A stretch of 64,000 nucleotides of DNA, taken from a bacterium (GTDB lineage: Bacteria > Patescibacteriota > Dojkabacteria > SC72 > WJKH01). The number at the start of each line of letters is the position of its first letter. Within the stretch, counting starts at the first letter, position 1. A program made the translations under genes and the position numbers. Shown here piece after piece: positions 1 to 9,791 of the stretch. The notes under the pieces were generated by a model. The model had not been told where the DNA came from, searched no databases, and saw only the letters and a list, made by a program, of their open reading frames with translations. The stretch lies in NCBI GenBank assembly GCA_029547225.1, contig JAKPPS010000040.1:42796-106795 (forward strand), in the 5' to 3' direction.

Positions 1-789
1 AGTTATGAACTAGCTCCTATAGATATCTCTTATTTTAGAAATATTGATTTCCAAGAATTGCCACTAACCGATGGAACGACTTCATGGTTTGCCAATTTTA
101 AAAATAGTCCTGATAAAAACAATGAGATAAAACAATTCATTAAAAATAATGATGGTAAAATAATTGGCCTACAAACCGATTATCTTGTTGAATTCATCCA
201 TGTAATTGATTCCTCAGAAACATTCATAGCTTTCAATGTCCCTACTGATGATGAGGAAGCTGTAAAAACATATGATGCAATTATTAATAGTGGTGCAAGT
301 AGTACAAGTGTTACTGCTACAGAGATTGACACCCAACCTGTAGCAGAGTTGAAATTTGATTACATTAAAGCATTTATTACTTTCTCTCTGGTTGCTATAG
401 CAATATCATTATTTGCTAAAAACCGTTTTGCGACATTGTGCTCATTAATAGTACCAACAGGAATTATGATTGCATACCATAAACTTGCGAATCTTCCAAT
501 TTCTTCAGATGACCTTATTATCTTCATTATCATTTCTTCAATAATTGCCGTATCACTAGGACATAATAAAAATATTATGATTCAATTAGCCATTCTTTCT
601 ATGATTGGTTTTACAATAATGCATTTGGTTTCTTACGGGCAGATAAGCCATCTTGCTTTGATAGGTTTGTTAAGTACTATTTCTACAATATTTGTATTTA
701 TCCTTTCTGATGTATATGGTAAAAGATTTTTACCACAAACAAATTTCTTTGACAAAATAATTATTAATGGAGGGAAAAATGATAGATAG
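1..789 (+). CDS. Multi-pass membrane protein, 5'-truncated by the window; possibly a divergent SecD-like protein
   Basis: Frame is open from base 1 (SYELAPIDISYFRNIDFQEL...). Soluble region followed by about 5 hydrophobic segments. The SecD resemblance is architectural only. Confidence 0.5.
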   Translation, partial: SYELAPIDISYFRNIDFQELPLTDGTTSWFANFKNSPDKNNEIKQFIKNNDGKIIGLQTDYLVEFIHVIDSSETFIAFNVPTDDEEAVKTYDAIINSGASSTSVTATEIDTQPVAELKFDYIKAFITFSLVAIAISLFAKNRFATLCSLIVPTGIMIAYHKLANLPISSDDLIIFIIISSIIAVSLGHNKNIMIQLAILSMIGFTIMHLVSYGQISHLALIGLLSTISTIFVFILSDVYGKRFLPQTNFFDKIIINGGKNDR

Positions 790-1210
790 AGAGTTAATCG
801 ATATAATTGTTCTAGTCTCATTAGTACCAGCAGGAACCTTACTATTTGCATGGTTATATCAGAAAAAGGATCGAAATATTTTTTCTGCATTCCTATCGAT
901 AGCAGCTGTTGTAGCTCTATACAACTTATCAATATTTATTCTTGAAAAGTTCACTGTCGTGGATATTACATATCGTAGCTTCTGGACATATATTACGACT
1001 GCACTCTTTATCATTTTTATATCTGTATATGAATCGGAATCGATAAAGAACTTTTCAGTCAAATATTTTGTGTCCCTAATATTAATCCTAATTGCATCAA
1101 TTATTTGGTTACCTTTAAATTATATCGTTTCGATAGGTTCAGCTTTACTCGTAGGACTTATCGGGATAGGTATGTACTTTGGTATAAAGAAGTTGATTAG
1201 TAAAAAGTAA
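767..1210 (+). CDS. Hypothetical integral membrane protein (~5 TM)
   Basis: 147-aa ORF of consecutive hydrophobic helices, overlapping the previous gene. Confidence 0.65.
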   Translation: MEGKMIDRELIDIIVLVSLVPAGTLLFAWLYQKKDRNIFSAFLSIAAVVALYNLSIFILEKFTVVDITYRSFWTYITTALFIIFISVYESESIKNFSVKYFVSLILILIASIIWLPLNYIVSIGSALLVGLIGIGMYFGIKKLISKK

Positions 1211-1226
1211 TTTTCAATCGTCGATT

Positions 1227-2507
1227 TTGATGACTCCAATTATAGCCTCAATAGTAAATGAAATCGTTGCCAAAATTACAGAATATCTTCTATTTGCTGA
1301 CATTACTCCATACAAATCGCAAAAATATGTTATTAAATATTCAGATACTGCTATCAATTATGAAAAGCAATACGAATATACCCATAACACTGCAGATATT
1401 GACATACCGCCAATTATTGTAATCGGGGGGACAACTGCAAGTGGGAAATCAGACATAGCAGTTGAAGTTGCAAAACGAATCAGATGCAAAATCCCGATAA
1501 TAGTAAATGCAGATTCAAGACAGATATATGATCAGCTAATAATTGGAGCTGCTCAGCCTTTCTTTAATCAGGCAGATAATACTCTTAACAAAAGCTTTTC
1601 TATACTGGGGGGGAGTACACTTAAATGCAATAATATTCAGTGCAATGACACATGTCTCTCCGAAAAAAAGAATATCGCAAAAGCAGGTAATAACATTACA
1701 AATAAAAAAGCTGAAGATATTTCTAAAAAATATAATTTGCAAACAATAAATGGCATAGCTCACTTAATGTATGGCTATAAAAGTATTATTGATGATTACA
1801 ATCTATTTGATTATAAAAATGATTGTGATGAAATATTAAAATCAATTTCTGGCACTCCAATATTAGTCGGAGGTACAGGGATGTATATTGAAAGCGTCAT
1901 TTACAATTACGAAATAAATAATCAATTTGTTGAGAAAAATATCAATGCTCAAAAAGATAATTTACGCGAGAGATTAAACATATTAGATGTTAATCAACTA
2001 CAGAAATTAGCTGGTGATTCGGTTAAATTGTTAAATAATAGTGATAAAAATAATCCGAGAAGATTAATTAGGATAATAGAAAAGAAAACATACTATGGAG
2101 AAGAAAACCTGAAAGATCTTTATCAGAAGCGAAGAAATCGTAGGCATCTCTACTTTTCACTTATTCCAGAAAAAGAAATTGCAATAGACCGTATCAATAA
2201 TAGAACTAATAAAATGTTCGACAATGGGCTTATTGAGGAAAATATCTCGATAATAAAATTTCTGCACGAAAAGAAAATGACTGCGCAAAATGTAAAATCA
2301 TTGAATTCAATTGGATACAAAGAATTCTTTACCAATTCTAATTTTTACCGTTTAGTAGAAAAATCAATTTCCGAGAAAACAGATAAGATTATTGTTGATG
2401 ATTCAATCAAGAAGGAAATTATTAATAGTATTAACATCAATACTGTAAAACTATATAAAAAGCAGAAGACTTGGTTTAGTAAAAACCATTTAGATATTTC
2501 ACAATAA
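1227..2507 (+). CDS. miaA: tRNA dimethylallyltransferase with N-terminal extension and internal insertion
   Basis: Motifs GGTTASGKS, NADSRQIY, PILVGGTGMY, NPRRLIR, SIGYKE, KKQKTWF. Confidence 0.9.
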   Translation: MMTPIIASIVNEIVAKITEYLLFADITPYKSQKYVIKYSDTAINYEKQYEYTHNTADIDIPPIIVIGGTTASGKSDIAVEVAKRIRCKIPIIVNADSRQIYDQLIIGAAQPFFNQADNTLNKSFSILGGSTLKCNNIQCNDTCLSEKKNIAKAGNNITNKKAEDISKKYNLQTINGIAHLMYGYKSIIDDYNLFDYKNDCDEILKSISGTPILVGGTGMYIESVIYNYEINNQFVEKNINAQKDNLRERLNILDVNQLQKLAGDSVKLLNNSDKNNPRRLIRIIEKKTYYGEENLKDLYQKRRNRRHLYFSLIPEKEIAIDRINNRTNKMFDNGLIEENISIIKFLHEKKMTAQNVKSLNSIGYKEFFTNSNFYRLVEKSISEKTDKIIVDDSIKKEIINSININTVKLYKKQKTWFSKNHLDISQ

Positions 2508-2555
2508 TAAATACTTGGATACAAGATTCATCAAGAAGTGTTAAGCAAGCTTATA

Positions 2556-3095
2556 TCAGACTATAAGAGAGTATTTGTCGAGGTCACTAACAACAAAATT
2601 TATTGTCTGCGCTTGCCAGATAATTGGATCGGGAATTGTAATCTCCTTCACTTCTGTAAGAATATTAGAATACTCTTGATCTGTTAAGTCCTTCCCTACT
2701 CTTCCTAAAGTAATATGAGGTATAAAAACTTGATCTCTTTTAACCCCAGTTTTCTTTGATAGATCAGTAACTAATTCTCGCAATTGATCTGCTCCTTGAC
2801 CAACTGTTAAAAATATCAGCTCTCTATAACGATTTGAAATACCAGCTTTATATCCCGATATTTCAATATTTATTGGATCGAAGGAATATTTACTTACTCG
2901 ATTCTTTATCAACAGTTTACGAAAGAATGATATCTCATGCCCAATGAATAAAAGTGAAAGATGGTATTTCTCCGGTTCAACCCATTTTACATTAATACCC
3001 TGTGAGGCGAATATCTTACGAATCTCAATGGCCGATTTAGCTATTTTCTTACTGACTTCTATGTCGGGAAAAATCCCTAAAAAATAATTTTTCAT
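2556..3095 (-). CDS. thpR: RNA 2',3'-cyclic phosphodiesterase (2H phosphoesterase, LigT/ThpR family)
   Basis: Two HxS/T motifs (YHLSLLFIG, PHITLGR); KWVEPEKYH; 179 aa. Confidence 0.85.
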   Translation of the reverse strand: MKNYFLGIFPDIEVSKKIAKSAIEIRKIFASQGINVKWVEPEKYHLSLLFIGHEISFFRKLLIKNRVSKYSFDPINIEISGYKAGISNRYRELIFLTVGQGADQLRELVTDLSKKTGVKRDQVFIPHITLGRVGKDLTDQEYSNILTEVKEITIPDPIIWQAQTINFVVSDLDKYSLIV

Positions 3096-3097
3096 AT

Positions 3098-4375
3098 TTA
3101 TTTAGTTGCTTTCTCGATTTTATCTTTCCCTACAAAAGCTCTCAGAACTTCAGGTACAGTTATCGATCCATCAGCATTTTGATATGTTTCCAATAGAGCC
3201 ACCATAAGACGACTTGTAGCTAGACCAGAGCCATTTAAAGTATGCATATATTTTGGTTTATCATCTTTTTGTGATCGATATCTCATATTTCCCCTACGAG
3301 CTTGATAATCTCTTGCATTTGATACTGAGCTTACCTCATAGAATGTATCCATAAATGGCATATAAGCTTCAACATCGTATGTACGAGCCATACCGCCAGA
3401 ACAATCTCCAGCAGCTAGTTTAGACACTCTATAATGCAATCCCAGTTTCTCGACTAGATTCATAGCTTTATGTAACAATTCGTCAAATGCTTTATCAGAT
3501 TGCTCTGGAGTCGTAAATTGAAACATCTCAACTTTATTAAATTGGTGCATCCTCATTAGTCCTCTCTCATTAGCTCTATAGCTTCCGGCTTCTCGTCGAT
3601 AACATGGTGTATATGCAAAAAATTTCTTCGGCAAAATAGATTCGTCGACAATTTCATCTCTGTAATAATTTGCTAAAGCTGTTTCTGCTGTGGGCAAGAG
3701 AAAATTTCCATCTTGTGTCCAAAAAACATCTTCTCGAAATTTCGGCATTTGTCCTGCAGTATACCCAGAATCCTCACAAAGAAGATGTGGAGGAATAATC
3801 ATCGTATAACCATCAGCAATATGCTCTCTAATAAAAAAATTTATCAAGGCCCATTCAAGTAGTGCACCATCACCAACATACATCGACATCTGTGCTCCAC
3901 CGATCTTAGCAGCTCTTTCAAAATCGACAATTCCTAAATCTGCAGATAATTGAACATGATCTTTTACTTTAAAAGTAAAATTTGGTTTAATACCATGACT
4001 TTCAAGAACCTGATTGTTCTCTTTTTCTCCAGCTAATAGATCATCATCAGGAATATTTGGTAAAACATCAAGTAACGATTTAAGCTTCTCTTCTGTAAAT
4101 CGTAAATCTTCCTCAAGTTGTTTAGTCTGTGCTGAAATCTCCTTTAAATCAGAAATCATTTTCCCAAAATCATCTGATTTCCTATCCATCTGTGACATCT
4201 TATCATTGAAACTTTTTTGTTTTGATCGCAATTCATCATATTTAACTTGTTTCTCTCTACGTGACGAATCTAACGCTATTATTGACTCCAAATTAAGTTC
4301 TTCTGGCTTCATCCTTTTGAGGAGAGCATTTTTCACTTTTTCAGTCTCTTCGACTATTCTCCTAATATCTAGCAT
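3098..4375 (-). CDS. serS: Serine--tRNA ligase
   Basis: N-terminal coiled coil, LLPTAE, CYRREAGS, RMHQFNKVE, HTLNGSGLA. Confidence 0.98.
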   Translation of the reverse strand: MLDIRRIVEETEKVKNALLKRMKPEELNLESIIALDSSRREKQVKYDELRSKQKSFNDKMSQMDRKSDDFGKMISDLKEISAQTKQLEEDLRFTEEKLKSLLDVLPNIPDDDLLAGEKENNQVLESHGIKPNFTFKVKDHVQLSADLGIVDFERAAKIGGAQMSMYVGDGALLEWALINFFIREHIADGYTMIIPPHLLCEDSGYTAGQMPKFREDVFWTQDGNFLLPTAETALANYYRDEIVDESILPKKFFAYTPCYRREAGSYRANERGLMRMHQFNKVEMFQFTTPEQSDKAFDELLHKAMNLVEKLGLHYRVSKLAAGDCSGGMARTYDVEAYMPFMDTFYEVSSVSNARDYQARRGNMRYRSQKDDKPKYMHTLNGSGLATSRLMVALLETYQNADGSITVPEVLRAFVGKDKIEKATK

Positions 4376-4539
4376 CTATTTAAGCTAATAATTTATCAAT
4401 CTAATATACAATATTTACGCTGTAAAATCCAGAGTTTAGTCGATAGTATAATAGAAATACTTTTATTTGTTGAAAAAACACCCAAAATCTAAATTATTAC
4501 TAACAAAATTATTTTCTTACTTGAAAATCTGGAAAATAA

Positions 4540-5298
4540 CTATTCTTTTACTTCATATCCATGAACTACTGCATTGTATTTGAATTTTCTGAAATCAATT
4601 ATCTCGATTTCCTGATAATCCCAAACAGAAATATTTTCTGCATTTTTCTGAATTTTTTCTGAGACATATGGTATTGTCATTTTATATAAAGCGGTCGATG
4701 TCTGTCTTGTCGGAGTATAACCATCACGAAGTGATTGACCAATATATCGAGGACTTACTGAGAAACATGAGTTTGAATGTAATCCTAACCAATGGTAGAA
4801 TTCTTCTTGAGATAAAAGATATTCTCCATAATAATGCCAATATCTATCAGTTTTAAGAAGATACCCATCCCAACGTACAATAAGTTTTAACAACTTTATT
4901 ATTGAATTTTTTAATTCCTCTTCATCAGTAATACCATCCAATATAGGATGGTAATTCATAGTCGGAAGATGCATCTCTTTACGTTTACCAGTAATTACTT
5001 TTGAGCAAAAAGATACTAATGTATTCGGGATAATGTTTTTATAATCCTCAACGATTTCATTAACGACTTTTCGATAATTTGTTAGAACTTCATATCTAGG
5101 TATTTCTATCATTGGTCGTTTATATTGTATTAACCCACTGTCTAATGTGCGTAATTGATCGGTATTTAATGTGTTTTTTTGCCTCCAATTAAAATTTGCT
5201 GGATGAACAATCAGATTTATTGCAGAAATTTTTTTGAGGTTTTCTACAAGAATCGGAATCACATCCAATACTTCGAGTTTCTTTTCATTATTTGCCAT
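4540..5298 (-). CDS. Hypothetical protein, probably a divergent single-domain archaeo-eukaryotic primase-like (primase 1D-like) protein
   Basis: HLPTMNY ... TDRYWHYYG ... RYIGQSLRDGYTPTR resembles the recalled family pattern HIPMxDF ... SGRSxHxYG ... RWIGHxLxxGxxxLR. Confidence 0.5.
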   Translation of the reverse strand: MANNEKKLEVLDVIPILVENLKKISAINLIVHPANFNWRQKNTLNTDQLRTLDSGLIQYKRPMIEIPRYEVLTNYRKVVNEIVEDYKNIIPNTLVSFCSKVITGKRKEMHLPTMNYHPILDGITDEEELKNSIIKLLKLIVRWDGYLLKTDRYWHYYGEYLLSQEEFYHWLGLHSNSCFSVSPRYIGQSLRDGYTPTRQTSTALYKMTIPYVSEKIQKNAENISVWDYQEIEIIDFRKFKYNAVVHGYEVKE

Positions 5299-5387
5299 AT
5301 TCTACAAGATTTAAACAATAAAATTAGGGCACAATGATACACTAATTTAATAGAATAATCAATTCTAACATCTTTTGAATTAAGCAC

Positions 5388-5861
5388 CTACTTTTCTTCT
5401 CTCAATGCCTCAAACATAATAATACTTGCAGTATTTGCGACATTAAGTGACTCTTTAATACCGAGCATTGGAATCATGATTTTTGCATCACTTTGAGCAA
5501 GAACTAGATTATTTACTCCAAGTCGTTCATGACCGAAAACTAAAGCTACTTCATGAGGATAATCATAGCTTTGAAAATGATAAGCATCATCAGTTAACTC
5601 TACAGAAACAATTGGAATGTGTCTTTCTTTTAATTCATTAATCGCATCAAGCGTTGTTTTGTAATATTCCCATGGAACAGTCTCTATTGCACCTAAAGCA
5701 GTTTTATACATCTTGGGGTTTTCTGGAGTTGGAGTCATTCCACATATATATATTTTGGCACAACCAGTAGCATCAGCAGTTCGAAAAATACTTCCGACAT
5801 TAAAAACACTACGAATATTATCTAATACAATGTGTAATCTTATCTCCTTATTATTATTCAT
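5388..5861 (-). CDS. SpoU/TrmH family RNA 2'-O-methyltransferase
   Basis: LDNIRSVFNVGSIFRTAD, VFGHERLG, IPMLGIKESLNVA. Confidence 0.93.
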   Translation of the reverse strand: MNNNKEIRLHIVLDNIRSVFNVGSIFRTADATGCAKIYICGMTPTPENPKMYKTALGAIETVPWEYYKTTLDAINELKERHIPIVSVELTDDAYHFQSYDYPHEVALVFGHERLGVNNLVLAQSDAKIMIPMLGIKESLNVANTASIIMFEALREEK

Positions 5862-5909
5862 AATTGAAATTGTGTTTGATTTTTTACTTATTAATAATTG
5901 ACACGGGTA

Positions 5910-8114
5910 TTAGTGGAATAATTTTGTTCTAATATCGTTAATCTGATCAGGATTATACTCGTTAATCATCTTTTTTGCTATATCACGAGCTCTTTTAACT
6001 AGTTGAATATCCATAATATCAGCTACTTTCAACTTTGGTATTCCAGATTGAGCTAATCCATATACTTCACCAGGACCCCTACTCTTAAGATCATATTCGG
6101 CGACATCAAATCCTGAGCTGTGTTTTACAAAATACTCTAAGCGTTTATAACTATCACTATTTGTAGAAACATTTTTACTTGCTACAACGAAACAATGTGA
6201 TTGTTTATCTCCTCTTCCGACACGCCCTCTAAATTGATGCAACTGAGCTAATCCGAAGTGTTCTGCATCCTCAATAACCATAATAGTCGCATCAGGAATA
6301 TCTATACCGACTTCAATTACTGAAGTAGCGACAAGTACATCATATTTTTTGTCTCGGAAATCACTTAGTATGGCCTGTTTTTCAATTTCTTTCATTTTGC
6401 CGTGCAAAAGGCCAACACTTAGTCCCTTAAAAGCACTTGATTTCAACTTTTCAAACTGATCAGTTGCTGATAGTGCATCCATTTTGTCCGAATCATCTAC
6501 TAGAGGAAAAATAATATATGCTTGCTGGATATTCTTATCTGTTTTAGCTTGAATAATATTTTGCTTTATCCAGCGATAACAATCATTTCGCTTTGACTGA
6601 GGCACTAAATATGATTTTACAGGAATACGATTTTTTGGCATCTGTTTAATTATCGAAATATCTGAATCACCATACAAAATTTGCGTCAATGTCCTTGGAA
6701 TAGGTGTCGCAGTCATTGATAAGTAATGAGGTACATTTTTATTATCACCCATCTCTTTTAGATATTCTCTTTGTAATACGCCAAATCTGTGTTGCTCATC
6801 AACAACTACTAAACCTACCTTACCGATGTATTGATCAATATCTTTTTTGAATAATATTGCATGAGTACCTATAAGTATAGATTTCTTGTTTTCACAAAAA
6901 AAGCTTACTAACTGATTTCCAGACATTAAGAGATCAATAGAAAAATCATATTGCTTCATATATTTACCAAGTATTTTATTAAATGTTTCATAATGCTGTT
7001 TTGCTAAGATGGTTGTCGGAGCAATAAGAATTACACTATATCCATTTTGTATGGTGAGTAATGATGTGATAAGAGCGATTATAGTTTTACCACTTCCAAC
7101 ATCGCCATTTAACACCCTACGCATAGGTTTACTATTTCGCATATCAATCAATATCTCTTCAAGTACTTTCTGCTGATCATCCGTGAGTGGATAAGGTAAA
7201 CCCGAAATAAAATCATTTAGATTGCATCCCTCCGCCTTAATACTATATGACTTCTTCTTTTCTCTATATTGATTCTGGTATTCAATGTCGAATGCAATAT
7301 TTAGCATTTCATCAAGCGCTAACCTTTTTTTAGCAATCTCAATCTGTTGAGTATTATCAGGAAAATGAATTTGTTCAATAGCTTTATCAAGCTTAATAAA
7401 TTTACTATCTGAAGAAGATTTAATATTTAGTTCGGAATCAGATAAGTATTGTGTTGGTAAAGAATCCGCAATTGGAATTTGGTCAATTTTCAATAATTTG
7501 TAAATATTTTTTCTTATTATTTTCTGAGAAAGCCCTGCAGTTGTAGGATAGAAAGGCGTGATACCACCGATATTAATTTTACTTAAGTTAGGTAGACTCT
7601 TTTTTTCATTAATAATTTCGGATCTTTTATTTTGAATATTTTCTATATCATTTTGTACCTTTATTATATCAGCAGTGTTCTTAGAAGAAGACTCCTCATA
7701 CTCAGTTTCATCAACTTGTTGATACTCTCTAACCTGCAGTGATACAAAACGATCTTTTATCTTTACCTTTCCATCAATAAAGTAGTAGTTATCCCTTTTT
7801 ATTGACATAATAATATATGGTTGATTAAACCAAACTGCCTCAATTTTACCCGAATCATCGATAAGCTTTGCTTTTGTAATCAAAAATCTTCCTGCTTTGA
7901 AACTAGAAATTGATTCTACCTTTGCAACAATCGTGCCCTCACCTTGTTCAATTAATGTCGAGATATTAAGTAGATTAGATGTATCTCTATATTTTGAAGG
8001 TATATAAAATAATAAATCCTTAACATATTCAATACCAAGTTTATGAAGTTTCGACGCAATAAATGAGCCTACACCTTTAAGCTCTGTGATCGGAGAAGAT
8101 AGTGATATATCCAT
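5910..8114 (-). CDS. recG: ATP-dependent DNA helicase RecG
   Basis: OB-fold wedge with WFNQPY, GDVGSGKT, DEQHRFGV, MTATPIPRTL, QLHQFRGRVGRG, DLKSRGPGE. Confidence 0.97.
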   Translation of the reverse strand: MDISLSSPITELKGVGSFIASKLHKLGIEYVKDLLFYIPSKYRDTSNLLNISTLIEQGEGTIVAKVESISSFKAGRFLITKAKLIDDSGKIEAVWFNQPYIIMSIKRDNYYFIDGKVKIKDRFVSLQVREYQQVDETEYEESSSKNTADIIKVQNDIENIQNKRSEIINEKKSLPNLSKINIGGITPFYPTTAGLSQKIIRKNIYKLLKIDQIPIADSLPTQYLSDSELNIKSSSDSKFIKLDKAIEQIHFPDNTQQIEIAKKRLALDEMLNIAFDIEYQNQYREKKKSYSIKAEGCNLNDFISGLPYPLTDDQQKVLEEILIDMRNSKPMRRVLNGDVGSGKTIIALITSLLTIQNGYSVILIAPTTILAKQHYETFNKILGKYMKQYDFSIDLLMSGNQLVSFFCENKKSILIGTHAILFKKDIDQYIGKVGLVVVDEQHRFGVLQREYLKEMGDNKNVPHYLSMTATPIPRTLTQILYGDSDISIIKQMPKNRIPVKSYLVPQSKRNDCYRWIKQNIIQAKTDKNIQQAYIIFPLVDDSDKMDALSATDQFEKLKSSAFKGLSVGLLHGKMKEIEKQAILSDFRDKKYDVLVATSVIEVGIDIPDATIMVIEDAEHFGLAQLHQFRGRVGRGDKQSHCFVVASKNVSTNSDSYKRLEYFVKHSSGFDVAEYDLKSRGPGEVYGLAQSGIPKLKVADIMDIQLVKRARDIAKKMINEYNPDQINDIRTKLFH

Positions 8115-8117
8115 ATA

Positions 8118-8243
8118 CTATTTCGTAAGTAATGCAATAATTGTAAACAACAATGGTAATAATATTGAAAGTACCATTAAAATTGCAATAACAGTGTTAA
8201 AAGCTTTATTAATATTTTTTCCTATAGCTTTCTTTGATTTCAT
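8118..8243 (-). CDS. Small single-TM protein, 41 aa (not in the ORF track)
   Basis: MKSKKAIGKNINKAFNTVIAILMVLSILLPLLFTIIALLTK*; fills the gap between the RSH gene and recG with 9-nt and 3-nt spacers. Confidence 0.7.
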   Translation of the reverse strand: MKSKKAIGKNINKAFNTVIAILMVLSILLPLLFTIIALLTK

Positions 8244-8252
8244 AAGAAGATA

Positions 8253-9749
8253 TTAACATTTTGATAAATACTTTGCAATTTTCTGCTTCGCTCTGACAGA
8301 TACTACAAAATTAAGCCAGTCAGAATTCACAGTTGCTACAGTATTCGGATTTGGAGATACATTAATTTTTATAATATCGTTATTTTTTAATTTCGTATTT
8401 AGTGGCTTAACCACACCATTAATCTCTGCATTTACGGCGCGTAACCCTATTTTTTCATGAATATAAAATGCAAAATCTAAAGCAGTACTTCCCTGAGCAA
8501 GTGCAATAATATCTGACTGTGGCGTAAAGACATAAACTCGATCAGAAAATACATTAGAAATTATTGGATTTGATAATTTTAATTTCTTTTGTTTAGTATT
8601 CTTATCAATTTTCTCCCTGATCTCTTTAACCCACATAAAATCTTCACCTGCTTCTGCATACCTTTTGCCTCTAATTTTGTATGAAAAATGGGAAGCGTAG
8701 CCATATGTATTCGTATTATACATTTCGTATGTCATTATCTGAATTTCAAATTTCAACGGTGTTATTTCTGGGATCGACACAATTAATTGGAGTTGACTAA
8801 ATCCATTTGGTTTAGGATCCATAATATAATCTTCAAAATCAATAATATTATTAACAGTATTTGCCTCAATTATAGAAGCAACTTTGTAACAATCTTTCAC
8901 ATCCTTGACAATAATGCTAAACGCAATTAAATCGCGCATAGCAGAAATATCAGGCTTTTTAGATTCGTTAATGTATTTTATTGTTTTCTTATAAATACTA
9001 TATGGTGCTTTTATTCTTCCAACTATAAATGGTTTATAATGTATATCTCGTAACAGCACCTTAAGTTTAGTACTAATTTCATAAATAAGTTTATCATTAT
9101 CGAGCTGTTTAGATCTTAAGAACATATTTATTTCAGAGTAAATTTCTGGATATAGTATTCTGAAACCGACATCCTCGAAATGTTTCTTAAAAAAGTAGAA
9201 GTTAATGAACTCCGCAAGTGGAGCATAAACACTGATAGCTTTTTTTGCAATATCTTTCTGGAAATCTTCGTCAAAATACTCGATGTTATCTACAGTATCT
9301 CGCATATCACACAAGCGAATCATTAAATATCGTAAGTCAGTTTTGCGCTTTAATATATATTTATGTACAGCCTCAGAAACAGATATCGAATTAGAAATCA
9401 CAATTATTTCGTTATTACCTTTAACTAAATCCAATACATCATTTCCAAATTTTTGTTCTATCTTTAAAAATATTTCATTAATTGAATATTTATTTTTATC
9501 ATAAGTCCTAACAGTTTGATGGACTAAACCCGCAATTACAGTATTAATATCAATGCCTATCTGAGCAAGATAATAAGCAACATTTACTGAGTGTTCTACC
9601 TGCGAATATTTACTATTCCTCATCTGATCTCCAAGTATCTCCAATGCAAATTCATACGCATCAATGATTATTGAATCAAATTCATCTGGAATCAGATTGA
9701 GAATCTTCTTATACTTCAAAGATCCCTGTAGTTGCTTATTAGTATCCAT
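8253..9749 (-). CDS. RelA/SpoT homologue (HD + synthetase + TGS) with degenerate catalytic motifs and no ACT domain
   Basis: YAPLAE, GRIKAPYSIYKK, DYIMDPKPNG, EIQI, VYVFTPQ..GSTALDFAFYIH (TGS). Confidence 0.88.
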   Translation of the reverse strand: MDTNKQLQGSLKYKKILNLIPDEFDSIIIDAYEFALEILGDQMRNSKYSQVEHSVNVAYYLAQIGIDINTVIAGLVHQTVRTYDKNKYSINEIFLKIEQKFGNDVLDLVKGNNEIIVISNSISVSEAVHKYILKRKTDLRYLMIRLCDMRDTVDNIEYFDEDFQKDIAKKAISVYAPLAEFINFYFFKKHFEDVGFRILYPEIYSEINMFLRSKQLDNDKLIYEISTKLKVLLRDIHYKPFIVGRIKAPYSIYKKTIKYINESKKPDISAMRDLIAFSIIVKDVKDCYKVASIIEANTVNNIIDFEDYIMDPKPNGFSQLQLIVSIPEITPLKFEIQIMTYEMYNTNTYGYASHFSYKIRGKRYAEAGEDFMWVKEIREKIDKNTKQKKLKLSNPIISNVFSDRVYVFTPQSDIIALAQGSTALDFAFYIHEKIGLRAVNAEINGVVKPLNTKLKNNDIIKINVSPNPNTVATVNSDWLNFVVSVRAKQKIAKYLSKC

Positions 9750-9791
9750 TATTTGTTAGATTAAGAGAAAATTATTATTGATTGGCTTGTT

